A DNA stretch of 64,000 nt from an uncultured Planctomycetaceae bacterium (GTDB lineage Bacteria > Planctomycetota > Planctomycetia > Pirellulales > PALSA-1355): the NCBI GenBank assembly GCA_963785305.1, contig CAWAUV010000008.1, forward strand, positions 576,001 to 640,000, in the 5' to 3' direction. The position numbers and the translations under genes were made by a program. This document shows positions 59,050-64,000 of this stretch, one piece after another. The notes under the pieces were generated by a model. It did no database searches. It worked only from the letters and a program-made list of their open reading frames with translations, and was not told the origin of the DNA. Every line of letters begins with the position of its first letter. Position 1 is the first letter of the stretch.

Positions 59050-59586
59050 TCAGTTTGGCGGACCGGCCGCCAAGTCGGCGTCTTCGAGCACCGCCACATA
59101 GGGCAAGTGCCGATAGGCGTCTTGATAGTCGAGCCCATAGCCTACGACAAATGCATCGGGAATGTCGAACCCCACATAGTCCGGCGCGAGAGCCACCGCT
59201 TGGCGCCCCTGTTTGCGCAGCAGCACTAAAGTGCGCACCGTGAGCGCACCACATGAATCGAGCTGCGATACGAGCGCGGCGAGAGTATGGCCGGTGTCGA
59301 AAATATCGTCGACCAAGAGCACATCGCGGCCCCGCGTCTCGGGCAGCAGGCTCAGGTTGAGCACGAGCGAGCCCGGCGTGGTGGTGGCGCCTTGATAACT
59401 GCGGGCCTGCACCAGCCCCACCCGGAGGGGCAGGTCGATTTGGCGGATCAAATCGGCCAGGAGCACCATGCTGCCGGTGAGCACGCCGATGATGGTGAGC
59501 GGCCGGCGAGCATATTCCCGCGCGACTTCCTCGGCGAGTCGGCGCACGCCTTCGCGCAGTTGAACTTCATCGAGCAGAGGTTTCAC
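59050..59586 (-). CDS. hpt: Hypoxanthine phosphoribosyltransferase
   Basis: VLLVDDIFDTGHTL, FVVGYGLDY..YRHLP. Confidence 0.95.
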   Translation of the reverse strand: MKPLLDEVQLREGVRRLAEEVAREYARRPLTIIGVLTGSMVLLADLIRQIDLPLRVGLVQARSYQGATTTPGSLVLNLSLLPETRGRDVLLVDDIFDTGHTLAALVSQLDSCGALTVRTLVLLRKQGRQAVALAPDYVGFDIPDAFVVGYGLDYQDAYRHLPYVAVLEDADLAAGPPN

Positions 59587-59724
59587 GAGGCGCTCCGGGG
59601 CCGAGATGATTTTTCGCCCATTGTATGCCGCGCGGCGCGGGCCGCAAAGGCCGCGGCGGCCGCGCTCATCGCTCGGCCGCCCGCGGCTCGGCTTTCCATC
59701 GCTCGGCTCTTGGCCCACGATCGG

Positions 59725-60546
59725 TTACGCGCCCGTGGCGAGAGCGAGCTCCTTGAGCGCGTCGAGGGCGCGCAGCAGATCGTCGCGGCTCACATCGGCC
59801 CAGTCGCCGAGTTTGTGGCGGAGAATGCAGAGCTTAAATGCCTCGAAGGCGTCGCTCACATCCGCCGGCAGCGATGGCAAATCGGCCAAGGGACTTCGGC
59901 CGCCCGCGTATTCGGCGCTTCCCGGATCGGAGGGCGCGCGGCGAGCGGAGGATTCATCGTCGGCGTTGTCCTCTTCGTGGTCGTCGGTGTCGTTCGCTCC
60001 ACGAGAAGTTCGCGGCTCGGCGTCGCTCGCTTCGGTGGCCGAGGGATCGTAGACGGCGGTTTCGTGCGCATGAGCAGGCGCGTCGACGGCGAGATCGGCG
60101 TCGTCGTCGAGCGGTTCAGCGGTGGCGGTTTCGGCCGCGAGGCTCTCGCCGGATTCGGCGTCGTCGAGGCCGAGCGTCGCGGCGCGTTGGCGGCGCATGT
60201 CCATTACCGACCAGTCGTTTTGCACGGCGCCTTCGAGCCACATTTCGGCGTCGTCCCAGTCCGAGGCGGCTTGAAAATGGCTCCAGAAGAGGCCGCGGTA
60301 ATCATCGCGTGATTCGGCAAAGCGTTCCCAGGTGCGACGCAGCCGGCCGACATGCTGGCCGGTGACATTGCCGACCTCGCGGCTCCAGGCTTCGTCGCTC
60401 GCTTCGGCGGCCGAGGCGCCGGCTTCGAGTCGCGATTGGCGCCACTCGCAAATAATGCGGCCTTTGTCCCAGTTGGTGGTGCTTACCAGGCGGCGCCAAT
60501 GTCCCAGGTAGAGCTCGGTCGTCTCGTCGATCTGTTGCGTTTCCAT
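59725..60546 (-). CDS. Hypothetical protein with acidic linker
   Basis: Coding-like ORF in the operon; LVSTTNWDKGRII, QHVGRLRR, LFWSHF..WDDAEMWLEGA. Confidence 0.75.
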   Translation of the reverse strand: METQQIDETTELYLGHWRRLVSTTNWDKGRIICEWRQSRLEAGASAAEASDEAWSREVGNVTGQHVGRLRRTWERFAESRDDYRGLFWSHFQAASDWDDAEMWLEGAVQNDWSVMDMRRQRAATLGLDDAESGESLAAETATAEPLDDDADLAVDAPAHAHETAVYDPSATEASDAEPRTSRGANDTDDHEEDNADDESSARRAPSDPGSAEYAGGRSPLADLPSLPADVSDAFEAFKLCILRHKLGDWADVSRDDLLRALDALKELALATGA

Positions 60547-60825
60547 GCTTGCTCCGCGCGGTCCTTTTTCTGAAATCATCTCCGGCAAGGGCGTCGGCAC
60601 ACGTGAGCCGAGCGACCCGAGGAAACGATTCTATCGACCGCCCCTTGGGCCGCGGGCAAAAAACCGGGACGAGGTCCGCGCGGTTGGCCGCCGCGCCCGA
60701 GCAATACGCCATATCCGCCAACGAATTACGTCGGCTCGGCGGGGACGCGAGCTGGACGCGGCCGCTGGGGATAACTTGTCGATGACGTGTCGACAAGCGG
60801 CTCATTTAGCGATTCCGGCGGCGGC

Positions 60826-62540
60826 TCATTTCAAGTCGGCGGGCGGCGGCGCGGGCGAGTTCTCGGCGGGGCGCGGCTCGGATTTCGCCTCGGCGGCGGT
60901 GGACAGGATAAACACCACGCGAATGTGCTTCGCGTCGCCGAAAGCCCCGGCGTCGAGCGAGGCCGAATCGGGCGACTGGGTTGCCGCGAGCGCCGGAGCG
61001 GGGGCAGGCGCGAGAGCGGGGGCAGGCGCCGGAGCAGCCGCGCCGAAAGCGGCGGCGTCGTGGTTTGTTGGTCCGCGCGCCGCGCCGTCGCTTGCAACGG
61101 CGTCGGCCTTGGACGCTTCGCGAGCCTGGGCGCTTCGCCCGACTTCATCGCCGGGCCCAGCTTGAGCGTCATCTTCGCCCCGCGACGGACAAACGCGCCC
61201 GGCGGAGCGGCGGCCGCGGGCGACGGGGACTGCGACTCGCCTTGCGTCGAGCGATAGTTGAGGCCGCGCTGTCGCGACAAGGATTCGTCCTCGGCGCTCG
61301 GTGGTATTTGCAGCGAATTTGGCCTGGGCGCTATCGGCGAGGGCGATCCGAGCGCGGCCGGGGTCGATGTGGAAGGGGCCGGCTGAATCACTTGCAGGTC
61401 GGCGAATGCGGCGGGTTGTTCGCGCATCTCATCGAGCAGCGCGGCAACCTGCCGAGGAGCGGCTTTGATCGTGACTCGTCGCTCGCGTTCCATAGTCTTT
61501 CCCGCGGCGAAATTGGCCGCGCCTTTTTCGGCGCCCTCCCGCGCCCCGGCCAATTGGCTCAGGCCGTTTTGTTCGGCGGCGTCGGATTCGGGGTCCTGCC
61601 GTTCGGGGTCTTGCGCCTCGATGGCATAGTGGGCGAGCAAATGGTCGAACGTCGCGCGCTCGATCGCCTCGGGCCGCAGCTCGCAGCGCACGACGAGCGT
61701 GGGTTCATGGTCTTGGCCTTTGCCCTCGCTCTCACCCTGGAGCGTGCTCGCGGCGCGATCCGTGTCACCTCGGGGCGGCGCGGCTTGCTTGTCGGTCAGT
61801 TGGTTCGCTTTGGGCATCGCGTCGGCCGGCGCGGCGGGAACCGGCGCATTGCCCGCTTGTTGCGATTCGGCCTCGGCCGCCACTCTTTTTCGCATTGGCG
61901 CTTCGGCCGGCGCCCCGGAAGCGATAGGCGCTTCGGCCGGCGCGGCGGCGGCGGCGGTCGGCGCTTCGGCAGGCGCGGAGGGACCCGCGTGGGCGCCCCG
62001 TGGGGGCGCGGCGCCGATCGATGCTTCGCCCGGCGGTTCGTCGGGCATGGCAATATGTCGCCGAGCGAAGCGATCTTCCCCGGAGTCTTGCTCCGCGTCC
62101 CGCTCCGTTTTCAACGGCTCCATTCGCCGCTGCTCCGGCCGCGCGGCGGGGGCTTCGGCGACTTGTTTGGGCCCGGGATTTTCGCCATGGAATTTAATCA
62201 ACAGCGCCGCCGCGAGCGTGAGCGCCGGCCAAACCCATGTCCGCCAAGTGCGTGGAAATCGCCAGCGTGGGGCGTCGGCCGCGGCGAGTGAATCATGCGC
62301 CGATTTCGGGGAACTGAGCACTTGGCGTTCGGCTTCGGCTAGCACCCGCGCATCGAGATTGCGGTTGAGCTTGAATCGGGGCAGCGCCCGGATGCTGGCC
62401 CGCAAGGAGCGCATCTCTTCAAGACACTGCCGCCACGCCGCGCTTTGACCGAGCTGCTGTTCGACGAGCGCGCGCTCGTCGGGCGTTACCTCGTCGTCGA
62501 GGTAGGCGCTGAGCAGTTCTTCATTCACCGGTTCGGTCAT
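60826..62540 (-). CDS. Anti-sigma factor (anti-sigma domain, TM, Ala/Pro-rich extracytoplasmic region); 3' frameshift
   Basis: EELLSAYLDDEV..ERALVEQ.L, single TM; directly downstream of the ECF sigma. Confidence 0.75.
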
Positions 62541-62583
62541 AAACGATCTCGACCCCAGGCTCGCCGTTCGCCGCGGGTTTTTC

Positions 62584-63147
62584 CTAGTGGGCGTCTTCTT
62601 GAAGCATGGCTTTCAAATGGGTCCGCAGTTCGGCGCGGGCACGAAACAACCAACTGCGCACGGTGCCCACCGGCAGTTCGAGCATCGCGGCGATGGTTTC
62701 ATAGCAACAATCATCGAGTTCTCGCAACACGAGGATCGCGCGGTGCTCGTCGCTGAGCATCGCGAGCGCCGCGCGCACCTGGGCGCCGCGCTCGTCGCGC
62801 GCCAAGGCGGCGTCGGGCGATTCGACCGGGCTGGACGGCTCTTCTCCGGTCGCGTCCTTGCTGGCGTCGAGCGAGAGCGTGCGCCGCTGGCGGCGTCGGA
62901 GGGTGATGGCCAAATTAAACGCAATCCGATAGAGCCAAGTGTAAAACGCGGCTTGCCGTGTGAACGAGTCGAGCTTGACGAAGGCTTGCACGAAGGCGTC
63001 TTGGGTCACATCGCGCGCGTCGTCGGCCGAGCCGAGCAGTTGCGCCATCGAATTGAACAGTCGATCCTGGTATTTCAGGACCAATTGGCCAAACGACGCG
63101 GACCGGCCGGCCAGCGCTTCGTCAATGAGCTGGGTGTCGTCGCTCAC
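62584..63147 (-). CDS. ECF sigma-70 factor (RpoE/SigW-like)
   Basis: FGQLV.KYQ, DVTQDAF, FYTWLYRIAFN, LPVGTVRS.LFRAR. Confidence 0.93.
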   Translation of the reverse strand: MSDDTQLIDEALAGRSASFGQLVLKYQDRLFNSMAQLLGSADDARDVTQDAFVQAFVKLDSFTRQAAFYTWLYRIAFNLAITLRRRQRRTLSLDASKDATGEEPSSPVESPDAALARDERGAQVRAALAMLSDEHRAILVLRELDDCCYETIAAMLELPVGTVRSWLFRARAELRTHLKAMLQEDAH

Positions 63148-63543
63148 CCGGCGCCCTCGGAATGGTTAGACGCTCGCGCCCTCGGCCGAGTTCCCTCGGG
63201 CGGCTGGGGCGAGCGCGGAATAAAAGATGGGCTCGAAAAAAACGGGAAAAACGGCAAAAGCGGCATTGCGAGCCATCGATCGCTCCAACCGCTAGCGTTC
63301 TGTTTTCCCAAGCCGAGAGATGAATGTCAAACCGCCGCAGGATGCCGATTGGGGTCGCCCGGGCCGCGTGGTCCCAGCGGGCGAGCTCATCGGCGTGTTT
63401 GTCGCGGCTTGGCCGGGCGCGGCGAAGTTCGCCCGTTCGCGACACGCGTCGCCATTGCCAATCGAGCGCGAGGTTCTTATCGTGAAATTGCATCGCCTTC
63501 GGTCCGTTATAAATTCGCCGTTCCTCTTTGCGAGATCTCATCC

Positions 63544-64000
63544 ATGTGCCGTTTTGTCCCGCCGGCGGTGTTTTGCCCCCTAGGTTCTCGCGGCCGAGCA
63601 TGGAGATGGCGACCTAGCGGCTTGCTCGCCCGCGGCACGCTTGCCGTTTGGGCGGCCCTCGCGGCTGGGCTCGCGCTGCCGGCCCGGGCCCAAGACGGGA
63701 TCGACGACGACGAATCGGCCTCTCATCGCAAGGAGCAGTTCGAGCAACTCGCCCAAGAAGTGTCGCTGCTCGAGCGGCAGAGCAATGTGCTTAAAAAAGT
63801 GGTCAAACTCGTCGGGCCGACGGTCGTGCATATCGACGCCGACAAAAGCCTCTACGGCCGCCATAGCGATGTGGAAGAGGCCGGTTCGGGTTTCATCGTG
63901 AAGTTTGGCGAGCGGCCCTATGTGATCACCAATCGCCATGTGATCAAAAACGCGACGCTCGTCGATATTCGCATCCGGCTTACCGACGGCCGGGTGCTGA
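63544..64000 (+). CDS. HtrA/DegP-like trypsin serine protease, N-terminal part (runs off the window)
   Basis: VKLVGPTVVHI..EEAGSGFIV..VITNRHVI..IRLTDGR. Confidence 0.85.
   Translation, partial: MCRFVPPAVFCPLGSRGRAWRWRPSGLLARGTLAVWAALAAGLALPARAQDGIDDDESASHRKEQFEQLAQEVSLLERQSNVLKKVVKLVGPTVVHIDADKSLYGRHSDVEEAGSGFIVKFGERPYVITNRHVIKNATLVDIRIRLTDGRVL

Overview
High-GC Planctomycetota (probably Pirellulales-like) chromosomal window. The assignment rests on DUF1549/DUF1553 and planctomycete cytochrome c domains, a lineage-typical L17 insertion and the absence of L30. The centre (15.5-33.6 kb, minus strand) is the S10-spc-alpha ribosomal superoperon with secY, adk, map and rpoA. The flanks carry alr, a PII protein, glycerate kinase, a PQQ-like propeller, YqgE/AlgH, a CBM/GH20-like protein, a degenerate phosphomannomutase, a small TA/IS island, an oversized CusA with a Cys-rich upstream ORF, an S9 peptidase, argG, a Pls-like membrane NRPS, a decayed BglII/BstYI-type RM pair, asnB, GT4, hpt, an ECF sigma/anti-sigma pair and a partial HtrA. 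Many single-base frameshifts, even in essential genes, point to long-read consensus errors. The best non-obvious finding is a ~170-bp repeat family (terminal inverted repeats around two REP-like hairpins, 3 copies). One copy is interrupted by a ~470-bp internally deleted IS110/IS1111-type element whose right end still carries bridge-RNA-like segments matching both its REP target and its own donor junction. All calls come from reading the sequence by eye; no searches were run.
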